Assembly: GCA_033852175.1 (NCBI GenBank)
Contig: JAWSUY010000001.1
Span: 463,408 to 527,407, forward strand
Length of the DNA: 64,000 nucleotides
From: Agarilytica sp.
Lineage (GTDB): Bacteria; Pseudomonadota; Gammaproteobacteria; Pseudomonadales; Cellvibrionaceae
Reading direction: 5' to 3'
Program-made: the position numbers and the translations under genes
Shown here: in pieces, positions 8,819-18,747 of the stretch
Layout: each line of letters starts with the position of its first letter
How positions within the stretch are numbered: position 1 is the first letter of the stretch
The notes under the pieces: generated by a model
Databases searched by the model: none
What the model was told of the DNA's origin: nothing
What the model saw: the letters and a program-made list of their open reading frames with translations, nothing else

Positions 8819-9181
8819 ATGGGAAATTTAAGGAAGATCAGTATGTATTATAATTGCCAGATAAACAGTAGTAAGCCCGTCGACGTAGAATCTGTTATGT
8901 CTTTTTTTGAATCAAAATTTCAGGGTAAATACGAAGTCGAAAAAGCTTTGGCTCCGGGGCGCGACTTTGTACTTAAAAAAAGCGGTCTCATTGGTATATT
9001 CCTATCGGTTAAGCCTAATGATAAAGGCGCGGTGCTAAAGTTCAATGCTTGCCCACCCTCGATGTTATGGCGATTACTTGGCTTTGTTACTATGTTGATA
9101 TGCCTAATGAAAAGCGGGCCTATTGTGGATGACATTAAGGCGCTAGCGGCATATACGAAGGACATGTCTGCGGAGTCCTAA
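8819..9181 (+). CDS. Hypothetical protein (likely start 8843)
   Basis: AGGAAG RBS before ATG 8843 (MYYNCQ...); no recognised domain. Confidence 0.4.
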   Translation: MGNLRKISMYYNCQINSSKPVDVESVMSFFESKFQGKYEVEKALAPGRDFVLKKSGLIGIFLSVKPNDKGAVLKFNACPPSMLWRLLGFVTMLICLMKSGPIVDDIKALAAYTKDMSAES

Positions 9182-9352
9182 GAATTAATTTACCCCGTAT
9201 ATATGATGGTTGCAGGTCTTGCGTTTTCTCCCGAGCATAAAATGATGCCATTACGCCAAGTTTAGGTCGACGAATATGTTGTTGTGTCTTACTGAGGGGG
9301 TCAACCTATTGCAAAGGAAAATTTCAAAGTCCTAGCCACTGCCTTCCACATT

Positions 9353-9379
9353 GCAATCCCTTGATTCTCAAGGGATTGC
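9353..9379. repeat. Perfect inverted repeat, 10-bp arms with 7-nt loop (GCAATCCCTT-GATTCTC-AAGGGATTGC)
   Basis: Read directly in the sequence; overlaps the annotated TTG of the 9361 ORF. Confidence 0.6.
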
Positions 9380-9870
9380 TCTCGGATGAAAACCACTTGA
9401 TCAAAATAATTAGCGTATTAATTCTCTCCACGCTCTTGGTGGGCTGCCCAAATACAGACGCCAGGGTCAAGAACCCTACACCGAAAGATATTGAAGGTGT
9501 TTGGGAGGCTTTATATGACAATAGTACAATTCCATACCTGTTATTGCGGATGGACGACAAAGGAATAGGAAAGGTGATTGGCGCAGGCGACGAAGGTGCC
9601 GGAAAGATATTTGACTTACACTCGTTTGAGACTCTTCAGAAGTCCTTCTTCATTATCGCTGAGCTAGCTACTGACGAAGAGGACGCTGATGATGAGGTAA
9701 TGAAATTCGAGGGTACACTATCCGATGGGTTGCTATGCTTTGCATCAATAAACCCAGACGAAGAAGCAGAAACGCCGGATGCGGAACTTAATATCTGTTT
9801 TGCCCGATTTAAAAAACTGGCAGAATACAGGAAGTCGGCACTGGCGATAGGGGATGAGCTATTGCTCTAA
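9361..9870 (+). CDS. Lipoprotein, hypothetical (probable start TTG 9397)
   Basis: Signal peptide with lipobox LLVGC (from TTG 9397: MIKIISVLILSTLLVGC); acidic C-terminal half. Confidence 0.45.
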   Translation: MILKGLLSDENHLIKIISVLILSTLLVGCPNTDARVKNPTPKDIEGVWEALYDNSTIPYLLLRMDDKGIGKVIGAGDEGAGKIFDLHSFETLQKSFFIIAELATDEEDADDEVMKFEGTLSDGLLCFASINPDEEAETPDAELNICFARFKKLAEYRKSALAIGDELLL

Positions 9871-9901
9871 ATTTTCAATCAAGCGCAGCAATCATTGAAA
9901 A

Positions 9902-10489
9902 ATGGAATATACGATGAACGACGATATTATTGATTACCCTGCAGCATTTCATGACATCTCCACAGAAACTAAGACTATGGATTTCCATCAAGTTTCGGAT
10001 GGAAAGCTAGGCTCGCTGCTGTCGACGCTTTGCGCGAGCAAACAAAAAGGGACTTTCCTAGAGTTGGGAACTGGGAGTGGGCTATCAACATCTTGGATGT
10101 TGTCAGGGATGTGCCAGTCATCATCTCTTGTAACCGTGGATGACGACGTGTCACTTGTGGCTATTGCCAAGAATTTTCTGGGGCATGACAAGCGAGTGCG
10201 ATTTGTTGTTGATCAGGGCGAAGCGCTTATTGATACACTGGAGCCTGAGTCATTTGATCTAATATTCGCCGACACATGGCCCGGAAAGTACTTTCATCTA
10301 GAAGAAACTTTAGATCTACTCAAAACTGGGGGAATGTACATTATCGATGATATGCTACCCCAAGAAAACTGGCCGGAAGGGCATGAAAATAAAGCCGCTA
10401 CGTTAGTGAGTGCTCTATCGCGGAAAGAGAACTTTACGATGACCAAATTGAATTGGTCTACCGGCATTGTTATTTGCACGAAAAAATAA
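9902..10489 (+). CDS. Class I SAM-dependent O-methyltransferase (family 3, caffeoyl-CoA OMT-like)
   Basis: Motif I LELGTGSGLSTSWM, acidic loop VTVDDD and post-I DLIFADTW, typical of O-MTase family 3. Confidence 0.7.
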   Translation: MEYTMNDDIIDYPAAFHDISTETKTMDFHQVSDGKLGSLLSTLCASKQKGTFLELGTGSGLSTSWMLSGMCQSSSLVTVDDDVSLVAIAKNFLGHDKRVRFVVDQGEALIDTLEPESFDLIFADTWPGKYFHLEETLDLLKTGGMYIIDDMLPQENWPEGHENKAATLVSALSRKENFTMTKLNWSTGIVICTKK

Positions 10490-10577
10490 TGTGTATTTGA
10501 TGAAGATGAATGAATCAGATCGCGCTTTCGGTAAAATCATTACCGATTCTAGCGTGATGCATTTTTAGTTTTGGAGG

Positions 10578-10997
10578 TTGTACAACGTGGAAAGAAAAGC
10601 TAGATGTTCATGTGGCCAGTTACGCATTACCGTGAAGGGCGATCCACAAGTAGTCGTCGTATGTCATTGCACTAGATGCCAAATACGAACGGGGTCGGTG
10701 TTTGGCGTTTCTTCGTATTTTGGAGATGACACTGTAGTTTCGATTGAAGGTAACTCTAAGACGCTTGAACGTACGAATGATGCCGGCCGAAAATCGAAAC
10801 GAGATTTTTGCCCTGATTGCGGCACTACTGTTTTTTGGAAGACGTATTCGTTTCCAGAAAGTACGGGTATTGCTGTCGGTTGTTTTGCAGATCCTACGTT
10901 TCCGGCGCCGAAAGCTTCGGTGTGGAATTCATCAAAGCATGATTGGGTTAATTTACCTGAAGATATGCCGTGCTCTGATACGCAAGAATTTGGTTAG
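10578..10997 (+). CDS. GFA (glutathione-dependent formaldehyde-activating / CENP-V-like) family protein; likely GTG start 10587
   Basis: Cysteine pattern CSCGQ...CHCTRCQ...CPDCG characteristic of the GFA family; GGAGG RBS 9 nt upstream of GTG 10587. Confidence 0.7.
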   Translation: MYNVERKARCSCGQLRITVKGDPQVVVVCHCTRCQIRTGSVFGVSSYFGDDTVVSIEGNSKTLERTNDAGRKSKRDFCPDCGTTVFWKTYSFPESTGIAVGCFADPTFPAPKASVWNSSKHDWVNLPEDMPCSDTQEFG

Positions 10998-11062
10998 TTA
11001 CATTCTCGGCTTGGTAAGGGCGTTCACCCTCTTAAAGATGGTTATTACAACAAGGAAAAATT

Positions 11063-11518
11063 ATGGCCAGACAAAATGATAGCGTTGTTTGGATTCTATT
11101 CGCTTATTTATTTAGCTTCTCGTCTTTAGCCGCAGCATATTTTGTTGCGAATGAGATGATCGACCCTAGCAACCTCAATGCGGGCCTTGGCGATAATAAA
11201 CTTGAGCGAATTACTGAGTCAGTAAGGAAGTATAGAGCGGTCATAACAATCGGCACTATTTTCACTGTCCTTTCTTGGTTTGTCATCGCCATTCAGACAT
11301 TTCGTCTAGCCGCGCACGGAAAAGTGTACTTTATTTCCTCTTATATTTGGGGCGGTATTTATGTCTTACTGTCACCGAGCATAATCATTTTCGTTGGTCC
11401 AGTCTTAATCATGATAAGTTTAAACCGCCAGAAGATTTTACACCCTGAACAGTTTGAAGAGCCGGATATATCACCGGCTGATCGAGTCAAAGCATCAAGC
11501 AGTGAAAATAGTGTATGA
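11063..11518 (+). CDS. Membrane protein (3-4 TM), hypothetical
   Basis: Hydrophobic helices (VVWILFAYLFSFSSLAAAYFV, AVITIGTIFTVLSWFVIAI, GGIYVLLSPSIIIFVGPVLIMI). Confidence 0.45.
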   Translation: MARQNDSVVWILFAYLFSFSSLAAAYFVANEMIDPSNLNAGLGDNKLERITESVRKYRAVITIGTIFTVLSWFVIAIQTFRLAAHGKVYFISSYIWGGIYVLLSPSIIIFVGPVLIMISLNRQKILHPEQFEEPDISPADRVKASSSENSV

Positions 11519-11593
11519 ATATATCGGCTCTAGTAATCCATCGAATTAAAACTTAATCTGAACAAATAATTAATTCCACTCAAAGAGAATCAT

Positions 11594-11866
11594 ATGAATA
11601 TAAAAACAATAGCCATCCCAGCCATTAGTACGTTGATGCTCTCTCTTTCTTGTGTCGTATTTTCACACGAGCATGAACACGAAAAGTCCGAGAAACCAGA
11701 CGGAAAACAGAATTACACGATGTGTGCAGCCATTAGGATGAAAGAAGTCAACCTTGGTCATATTATTAAGAACCCAGACAAGTATTCAACTCACATCCCT
11801 GAAGGTTGGTCGGTAGTAAGTGGGACTGGGGGAGACGGTCACCCTAAGTTATTGATTTGTCGATAA
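11594..11866 (+). CDS. Small secreted protein, hypothetical
   Basis: N-terminal signal peptide (MNIKTIAIPAISTLMLSLSCVVFS); His/Glu-rich stretch. Confidence 0.4.
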   Translation: MNIKTIAIPAISTLMLSLSCVVFSHEHEHEKSEKPDGKQNYTMCAAIRMKEVNLGHIIKNPDKYSTHIPEGWSVVSGTGGDGHPKLLICR

Positions 11867-12136
11867 GACTCATGCCTATACCCAACATTTAGTCTCTGGC
11901 GGTGAAAGTGGGCGTAATTTGTCCACTACATAGCTTCCTTTTTTGTTCATTCCATCGATTAGTCCACAGACTGCCCAGCGCCTACGCTTAGTATTGAACA
12001 ACCTGCTTATGCCAGATACCCAATAGTAACGTGGCTTTCTTTTTGCGCTTGTGCTTTTGATGTAGTATCGGCGCTTCAGTTTGAGTCCTTTCTGTTTTTA
12101 CGAAGCAAATCTATTTTTGAATATGAGTTCAGTTGC

Positions 12137-13243
12137 ATGAATGTCGACGGTAACCCTTTTAGAACTATTTCCCTGGCCGAAGATAATTGGCGAGTGGTGA
12201 TTATTGATCAAACACTGCTTCCACATAAATTTGAGACCATAGCCCTTGAATCCCTTGAGGATACGGCGCAAGCCATTAACGATATGCAGGTACGCGGCGC
12301 CCCATTAATTGGCGCTACCGCAGCTTACGGTGTGGCACTTGCCATGCGGAACGATCCATCAAATGCGATGCTTTCCCATGCTTACCAAAACCTATTGGAT
12401 ACGCGACCGACTGCCGTGAATCTTCGCTGGGCCTTAGATGAGATGACAAGTACGCTAACGAATCTACCACCGGAAGAACGGCAATCAGCAGCCTATGAAC
12501 GCGCCGCTGCTTTATGCAATGAAGATGTGGAAATCTGTTCAAGCATTGGTGATCACGGGGTTAAGCTAATCGAAACCCTTTGGGAGCAGAAGGGGAAGAG
12601 CGGGGTTGTTAATGTACTCACTCATTGCAACGCCGGCTGGCTGGCCACGGTTGATTGGGGTACGGCCTTAGCGCCCATTTATAAAGCTCACAATAAGGGT
12701 ATACCCATTCATGTATGGGTAGATGAAACCCGGCCTCGCAACCAGGGCTTTAATCTCACAGCTTGGGAGCTGGGCAAACACGGTGTGCCCCATACGATTA
12801 TTGTGGATAACGTTGGCGGTCATTTGATGCAACACGGTCAGGTGGACATGTGTATCGTGGGTACAGATCGAACGACACGCACGGGGGATGTGTGTAATAA
12901 AATTGGGACATATTTAAAGGCATTGGCGGCTAAGGATAGTCACATTCCCTTTTATGTCGCGCTTCCCAGCCCCACTATTGATTGGACGACGCGAGATGGA
13001 TTAAGTGAAATACCCATTGAACAACGGAGCGGCTCTGAAGTAACGCATATTTCCGGCCGTGCTGACGACGGCAGTGTTCAAACGATTTGTATTTCCCCTG
13101 AAGGCAGTGTCGCTGCCAACTATGGTTTTGATGTGACGCCCGCGAGATTGATCACGGGTTTGATCACAGAACGCGGTGTCACTGATGCGACAGAGGAGGG
13201 GCTTACGAAACTGTTCCCAGATGAGGCTGGCATTACAAAATGA
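12137..13243 (+). CDS. mtnA: S-methyl-5-thioribose-1-phosphate isomerase
   Basis: Collinear similarity to MtnA/eIF-2B family throughout ([59 protein letters not shown]). Confidence 0.85.
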   Translation: MNVDGNPFRTISLAEDNWRVVIIDQTLLPHKFETIALESLEDTAQAINDMQVRGAPLIGATAAYGVALAMRNDPSNAMLSHAYQNLLDTRPTAVNLRWALDEMTSTLTNLPPEERQSAAYERAAALCNEDVEICSSIGDHGVKLIETLWEQKGKSGVVNVLTHCNAGWLATVDWGTALAPIYKAHNKGIPIHVWVDETRPRNQGFNLTAWELGKHGVPHTIIVDNVGGHLMQHGQVDMCIVGTDRTTRTGDVCNKIGTYLKALAAKDSHIPFYVALPSPTIDWTTRDGLSEIPIEQRSGSEVTHISGRADDGSVQTICISPEGSVAANYGFDVTPARLITGLITERGVTDATEEGLTKLFPDEAGITK

Positions 13244-13950
13244 ATGATTTAGAGTTACGTAATAACCTTATTGCTACCGCCATCGCGTTAAACACCAGCG
13301 GTATCAATCAAGGGACTTCTGGCAATGTTTCTGTTCGCACTGAAACTGGTTTTTTAATCACTCCGTCCGGAATGCAATACGCGGAGCTGGAGCCAAGTGA
13401 TGTGGTGTTAATGGATTTTAATGGGGGCTTTGATTCTGACCGAAAGCCTTCTAGTGAATGGCGTTTTCATCTCGAAATTTATCGGCATAGCGACGATGAA
13501 GAGAAAAACAACGGCGAAGGTAAAGATGGGAACAGTGAGTATAAAGTTGGCGCTATCGTCCATACGCATTCCACTTACGCCACGGCCATCGCTTGCTTAA
13601 AACGATGCATTCCCGCGTTTCATTATATGGTCGCTGTGGCAGGAGGTCACGATATCCGCTGCGCGCCTTACGCAACTTTTGGCTCACAAGAACTTTCTGA
13701 TTATGCCATTGAAGCCTTGGTCGATAGAAAAGCCTGCTTACTTGCCCACCATGGCGTTATTGCCACGGGGGCAAACCTTGCCAAGGCTTTTGCTTTGGCC
13801 GGTGAGGTGGAAACCCTCGCGCATCAGTATCTTGAAGCGCTTAAGGTTGGCCAACCCGAAACGCTTTCTCGTGATGAGATGGACAGGGTTGTTGAGAAGT
13901 TCAAAACTTATGGTGCGCAGGCTCAGCAAAAAAGGGGGGCAGGGCAGTAA
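13240..13950 (+). CDS. mtnB: Class II aldolase/adducin-family protein, probable methylthioribulose-1-phosphate dehydratase
   Basis: GNVSVR and [11 protein letters not shown] motifs of class II aldolases; start overlaps mtnA stop (ATGA), giving the methionine-salvage context. Confidence 0.6.
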   Translation: MNDLELRNNLIATAIALNTSGINQGTSGNVSVRTETGFLITPSGMQYAELEPSDVVLMDFNGGFDSDRKPSSEWRFHLEIYRHSDDEEKNNGEGKDGNSEYKVGAIVHTHSTYATAIACLKRCIPAFHYMVAVAGGHDIRCAPYATFGSQELSDYAIEALVDRKACLLAHHGVIATGANLAKAFALAGEVETLAHQYLEALKVGQPETLSRDEMDRVVEKFKTYGAQAQQKRGAGQ

Positions 13951-14164
13951 AGTAACATTCTGGCGGCTGAATATTTATTCTCATTTCTGTATCCGTCATT
14001 AGAAGGAACTCCCTCAACAATTCTTCCTTATTAATATCTGAAACCCCGCATTTACTTACCCCGTTATCTAACACTCGTAAAAGTAGCCAGTAGCGTAGGA
14101 GGTTGTTAGAGTAACTCCGCTTTTAGAGCAAAATAATTTAGCGAACACTTAAAGGGTTAAGTAA

Positions 14165-14464
14165 ATGACTGATATGAAGAAAATCTATATCAAACAAGAC
14201 GCGGAGAGCAGCGCACTCACCATCGCGTGTAGACTCATATCTGACGATGACCCTCAAATACAGTTAGTGCCTGGTGAATGGGTAAAAGTGGCCACCTGCC
14301 CCCCCGGCAATCACCAATTGCGAGTCGGCTCTATCCTCGCTTCAGGGAAACAAGCTGTGACTCTTCATTTGAACGGTCTTACACATAATTCAAACGATAA
14401 GATTGAGGAGCTGTTCTTTTCCCCTACCGATGGATCTCTCTATGATCTAGAGATTCAAGAATGA
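14165..14464 (+). CDS. Hypothetical protein (99 aa)
   Basis: ORF with start overlapping the next gene (ATGA); no recognised domain. Confidence 0.4.
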   Translation: MTDMKKIYIKQDAESSALTIACRLISDDDPQIQLVPGEWVKVATCPPGNHQLRVGSILASGKQAVTLHLNGLTHNSNDKIEELFFSPTDGSLYDLEIQE

Positions 14465-15549
14465 AAATACAATTTTCTTTAGTGGGGTTGCTCTTCGCAT
14501 CCAGTTTCGCATTTTCTGATATTGAAAGCCTGACGGCGTCAGATTTATCTTCGCCTTTTTCTGGACCTACCAGTATTTTGAGTTTGGATATCGCAAAAGA
14601 TAAAAAGACGGCGGAATTGAAGTTTAAGGCTTGGGACTTGGGAAAAAAAACGACCACCAGCATTTCTGTAAAATCCCCATTTGATAAGGACAGTGGAGAA
14701 TCGTCTTTTGCCAATTTCGATGGCCTTGGCGACTCAGCGACCATCACTTTTGGATTGGACTCTAAGATAATCGGAAATTTAGGCGCTAACAACACAGCCG
14801 AAAGTAATAACAAAGAACTGTGTCAAAAATACATGCTGAAAGACAAAAAGAGTTCTTGCTCGTATGGCACTGTAAAGACTGCTGCTGAGAAGTTTTTTTC
14901 CGACAACAGTAAAGATGCCAATCTGGTCATCTGCAACGCTTTTGGTTTTAATCAACTCCAGTGTAATAAGGATGATTTCCCGGCCTTACTCGCGGAACAG
15001 TATGCCAAACAACGTTCAGCTGTTTTTGCACCGCTTACAAGCGCGCACCTTATTCCAGTCAAGCTCACGTATGGTAAGGCTAGCTATAAATATTTGGATG
15101 TTGATAGCTTAGCAACGGAAAAAAACAGCTTAGGTGCTCTTGCGGCATCTATCGGTTATGGCTTTCTCACGCATAAGTGGTTTGCTGGGACGACTTTGGC
15201 TTATCAAAAATACCATAAGGCTGGGGATACAAAATCGTATTGCACTTCTATCAATGAATCTTCTTCTGCTACACAATGTGAGAACATTGCTTTTGGCGAC
15301 CCTACTAAGAAGGTCCGCCATAATCTCTCTTTTGAATTCAGATACCGGGCTGTAAATGAAAAATTTGCGATTGGTATTAAAGTCACCAGTGATGTCAAAA
15401 ATTCTGAAGAAGCAGTGGAAATTCCTATCTACTTTTTACAGCCCAATAAATACGGCCTGAGTACTGGCGTGAAAATAGGGTGGGACTCAATAGGAAAAGA
15501 TGTGGGTGTTACGCTTTTCTTTGGGACTTCATTTGCGTTTTTTAAATAG
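14461..15549 (+). CDS. Putative outer-membrane beta-barrel protein
   Basis: Signal peptide (MKIQFSLVGLLFASSFAFS), alternating amphipathic strands, C-terminal aromatic ending ...TSFAFFK. Confidence 0.4.
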   Translation: MKIQFSLVGLLFASSFAFSDIESLTASDLSSPFSGPTSILSLDIAKDKKTAELKFKAWDLGKKTTTSISVKSPFDKDSGESSFANFDGLGDSATITFGLDSKIIGNLGANNTAESNNKELCQKYMLKDKKSSCSYGTVKTAAEKFFSDNSKDANLVICNAFGFNQLQCNKDDFPALLAEQYAKQRSAVFAPLTSAHLIPVKLTYGKASYKYLDVDSLATEKNSLGALAASIGYGFLTHKWFAGTTLAYQKYHKAGDTKSYCTSINESSSATQCENIAFGDPTKKVRHNLSFEFRYRAVNEKFAIGIKVTSDVKNSEEAVEIPIYFLQPNKYGLSTGVKIGWDSIGKDVGVTLFFGTSFAFFK

Positions 15550-15613
15550 GGATGTGGATATAATTCTTCCGAGCATATCACTGCTCGGAAGAAATTTATT
15601 ATCTAGTCTAAAT

Positions 15614-16126
15614 TTACTCAGATAGGTAGGCAACAACCTTCGGGTCGTTAAGAAACTCCATTACAGACTCAGCTATACAACCATCAAGATCTTGTTGAAC
15701 AACTCCACTTCCGTGATTGACTGTTTTTTCAATTATAACTCCGTTTCCTAAGGTCGCGGTGAATCGAAGCTCACTCTTCCAGTAAAACGCGATATACGTA
15801 CTTTTGAGATAAGTAATAGTAAGGTCTATCGTTTTTGAATGGTTTTCAGAAACTGAGTTAGAATTTTTGATTATCTCTTTTGTCGTTTGATCAACCATAA
15901 CCTGGGTAATAGCTTTGTAATCCGAAGCCAGTTTCGTACCCATATAAGAATAGACGATCGCCTCATCTGTTGAACCTTGAACGTTAGATACCGTCACATC
16001 ACCATTAACCGTAAACGGCTGAATTAACCCGGTCCTCAATTCGTATTCTGCCGGAACATAGGGAATAACACCGCATCCTGCTAAAAAGAACATAACGAAT
16101 GTATATACTGTTAACCTTAATTTCAT
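15614..16126 (-). CDS. Lipoprotein, hypothetical
   Basis: Start MKLRLTVYTFVMFFLAGC with lipobox LAGC. Confidence 0.5.
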   Translation of the reverse strand: MKLRLTVYTFVMFFLAGCGVIPYVPAEYELRTGLIQPFTVNGDVTVSNVQGSTDEAIVYSYMGTKLASDYKAITQVMVDQTTKEIIKNSNSVSENHSKTIDLTITYLKSTYIAFYWKSELRFTATLGNGVIIEKTVNHGSGVVQQDLDGCIAESVMEFLNDPKVVAYLSE

Positions 16127-16449
16127 TTCCCACCTCAATATAGATTTTTGTTTATCGTTCCCATACCGAAATAGGTAGGTTCAACAACGAAAATTAGTGT
16201 TTTGTTTCTATTGCACCACTACCTCAAACCTAGGCACATACAACCGTGTGAACTTAAACGATATGGCACGCGATTGCTAGCATTATCAGCCTAGACCAAT
16301 GGCGATCAATACAGGTTCTAAGACAAGAATCGAACCGAGTATTCGCGCTCGATATTGTGTGGTGCTTTGATTTCATGCGTGGTAATTTTACGCTCGCTAA
16401 TCATTTTTCACATAACCCCCCTCTCAACATATGCCTGCCACGAAATAAT

Positions 16450-16821
16450 ATGAACCTAAATCAAGTTACCGTTCAATCCACTAACATTGTCGATTCTATT
16501 TTCTTTTACCAGAAATTAGGACTAAAGCTAATCGTCGAAAGTGACCACTATGCACGTTTTGAGTGTCCAAACGGAAACGCTACGTTTTCGGTGCATGCCA
16601 CTGGTACACCACAAACCGGCAATACGGTCGTTTATTTTGAGATAGCAGATCTAGACTCTAAAGTAAGGAACTTGGAATCGAACGGCATCCTTTTTAGCAA
16701 GCCGCCAACTAAGGAACCCTGGCTATGGTACGAAGCTAGGATGATTGACCCTTCAGGAAACGAGGTCTGCATATATTCAGCTGGTGATAATAGAAAAAAC
16801 CCACCTTGGCGAGTGGGTTAG
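16450..16821 (+). CDS. VOC/glyoxalase-family protein
   Basis: About 124 aa beta-alpha-beta-beta-beta module (LGLKLIVESDHYARFECPNGNATFSVH...VYFEI..LD); the track ORF is N-terminally extended. Confidence 0.55.
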   Translation: MNLNQVTVQSTNIVDSIFFYQKLGLKLIVESDHYARFECPNGNATFSVHATGTPQTGNTVVYFEIADLDSKVRNLESNGILFSKPPTKEPWLWYEARMIDPSGNEVCIYSAGDNRKNPPWRVG

Positions 16822-16869
16822 AATACTGACCGGCCATACTCTCTTTCTCGTTACGACATTGGTATTAAA

Positions 16870-17484
16870 ATGACACTCTCAATTGTATTAGCCTTGTTTT
16901 TCGCTTTAGTTTTACTCGCTGTGATTCCTGGCCCTGGCATTATGATTGTTGTGGCACGAACCCTCTCTCATGGTTTCAAGGGCGGTGCTGTAACAACCGC
17001 GGGGATTGTCATGGGCGATTTTATTTTTATCTGTCTCGCCATTTTCGGTCTTACCGCCTTATCTGAGCTTATGGGGAGTGTATTTTTAATCGTGAAATAT
17101 GCCGGAGCGGCTTATCTAATTTGGCTCGGCATTAAGATCTTCCGCGCTAAAAAACCGTACGATAATTCCACCTCGCCAAGTAACCGCAAGCATTCCGCTA
17201 ATTTTATCGCAGGCCTTCTGACGACTCTTGGTAACCCTAAGGCGATACTGTTTTATGCCAGTTTTTTTCCTGCATTTTTAGACCTATCATCCGTCACTCT
17301 ATCGGAGGTCGGAATCATTATGCTTGTAACAGCTTTTGCGGTTGGCGGTGTCATGCTGGCATATAGCTATGTGGCCACTAAATCTAGATCTTTGTTTAAG
17401 TCGTCCTCTGTCGCCACCTATTTACGATATGCTACGGGAAGTATTTTGATAGGTGGTGGTGCCTATATCGCTGTGCGTAGCTAG
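16870..17484 (+). CDS. LysE/RhtB-family amino-acid exporter
   Basis: 6-TM, 204 aa; N-terminal LAVIPGPG motif typical of LysE-type translocators. Confidence 0.8.
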   Translation: MTLSIVLALFFALVLLAVIPGPGIMIVVARTLSHGFKGGAVTTAGIVMGDFIFICLAIFGLTALSELMGSVFLIVKYAGAAYLIWLGIKIFRAKKPYDNSTSPSNRKHSANFIAGLLTTLGNPKAILFYASFFPAFLDLSSVTLSEVGIIMLVTAFAVGGVMLAYSYVATKSRSLFKSSSVATYLRYATGSILIGGGAYIAVRS

Positions 17485-17538
17485 CGCGGCCATTGAGTAA
17501 TCGCCCCATTACATTTCTGTAGCGCTACGGAGTTCTCG

Positions 17539-17952
17539 ATGAATCCAGATGTGAACGACAAGTTTAAATCTTATCCGAGTCATATCCGCCCTAAATTGGA
17601 GTTGCTGCGCTCGCTTATTTTTGAAGTCGCTGCGAACACGCCAGCTGTGGGAAAATTGGAGGAGACTCTAAAATGGGGGGAGCCTTCTTACCTCACTTCC
17701 GAATCGAAAAGTGGGACGACGATCCGCATTGATTGGAAAGCAAAAACACCTGATCAGTATGCGATGTATTTCAACTGCCAAACGACCTTAGTTGAGGACT
17801 GCCGTTCACTTTTTGGCGACACACTGTCCTTTGGCGGTAATCGTGCAATCTTGTTTAATGTAACCGAGCCGCTTCCTGAAAATGAAGTGCGGGCCTGTGT
17901 TGGTATGGCGCTTACTTATCATCTTGATAAAAAGCTACGACGTGCGCGCTGA
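17539..17952 (+). CDS. DUF1801 (YdhG-like) domain protein
   Basis: 137-aa protein with length and motif pattern (LKWGEPSY...NRAILFN) of DUF1801. Confidence 0.55.
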   Translation: MNPDVNDKFKSYPSHIRPKLELLRSLIFEVAANTPAVGKLEETLKWGEPSYLTSESKSGTTIRIDWKAKTPDQYAMYFNCQTTLVEDCRSLFGDTLSFGGNRAILFNVTEPLPENEVRACVGMALTYHLDKKLRRAR

Positions 17953-18037
17953 CATGCTAACTTACGCTCTATTCCAGAATTATTTCTATCTAAACAGTCG
18001 CGACAGACTACGGCATTACGATTAAAGGAACTATCCA

Positions 18038-18688
18038 TTGAAACTTATTATCGGCAACAAGAACTATTCGTCTTGGTCTCTGCGACCTTGGTTGTTACTT
18101 TCATTTCACGATATCGAGTTTGAAGAGTTACGCGTTCCTCTCGCCGTCGACGGCTTTAAAGACAGCTTACTTAAATACAGTAAAACGGGGCTTGTCCCTG
18201 TTTTACAAGATGCTGACCTCACGATTTGGGATTCTTTGGCAATATGCGAATACCTTTCTGAGCAATATTTATCGGGTAAGGGCTGGCCCTCTGATTCGGC
18301 GTCACGCGCAGAAGCTCGATCCGTATGCTCTGAAATGCATTCGGGATTTCCCCAGATTCGAAATTGCATGCCGATGAACGTTCGCGCTACGGAGCGAACA
18401 ATCAAAATTTCGCCTGCTCTTCAAAAGGAAATTGAACGCATTCAAGACCTTTGGTGCGGTTTGCGCCGAAAGAATACAGTGCACGGGCCTTGGTTATTTG
18501 GTAAATTTTCTATAGCCGACTGTATGTTCGCGCCTGTGGTGTTTCGATTTTCTACCTACGGTGTTGCACAAAGCGACGCATCCAAGAGCTATATGGATTT
18601 TGTATTATCTCATCCGATTATGAAAAAATGGTTTTCTGATTCGGTAAACGAAATTGAGACTATCGGGCAATCAGAAGTCGGCGCTTAA
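18038..18688 (+). CDS. Glutathione S-transferase family protein
   Basis: N-terminal thioredoxin-like GST fold (LIIGNKNYSSWSLRPWLLL, VPVL, IWDSLAICEYL) and helical C-domain. Confidence 0.8.
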   Translation: MKLIIGNKNYSSWSLRPWLLLSFHDIEFEELRVPLAVDGFKDSLLKYSKTGLVPVLQDADLTIWDSLAICEYLSEQYLSGKGWPSDSASRAEARSVCSEMHSGFPQIRNCMPMNVRATERTIKISPALQKEIERIQDLWCGLRRKNTVHGPWLFGKFSIADCMFAPVVFRFSTYGVAQSDASKSYMDFVLSHPIMKKWFSDSVNEIETIGQSEVGA

Positions 18689-18747
18689 ATTGACTCATGC
18701 TGTGGGACAACCAACTTCGCCACACTTAACATTAAGGTCTCTGGACT

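Larger units (their letters stand above)
1800..12100 (+). mobile_element. Integron-type gene cassette array lacking an integrase in the window (CALIN-like) / tRNA-adjacent genomic island
   Basis: 14-16 short unidirectional ORFs with lower GC than the flanks. They are separated by attC-like imperfect palindromes (R'' ...GCTAAC overlapping stops, R' GTTAGNN ~20 nt upstream of RBS+start). No tyrosine-recombinase ORF is present. Flanked by tRNA-Arg and the housekeeping gene mtnA. Confidence 0.5.

Noticed and set aside
10744-11079. 111-aa plus-strand ORF overlapping the GFA-family gene out of frame
   Set aside because: The GFA-frame product has the diagnostic Cys motifs; the alternative frame is Arg/Leu-rich nonsense.
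1800-12130. Classical complete integron (intI + attI + Pc) or integrative element with integrase at the tRNA
   Set aside because: No ORF in the window shows tyrosine-recombinase motifs (R..HxxR..Y), and nothing over 110 aa lies between the tRNA and the first cassette. It is therefore called CALIN-like or degenerate rather than a complete integron. No attL/attR duplicate of the tRNA 3' end was found by eye.
12315-12542. 75-aa minus-strand ORF inside mtnA (also 13679-14002 plus, inside or after mtnB)
   Set aside because: Internal to strongly supported conserved enzymes.
14424-14813. 129-aa minus-strand ORF overlapping the 5' half of the putative OMP gene
   Set aside because: Antisense to a longer ORF that has a good signal peptide and C-terminal aromatic OMP signature; no RBS.
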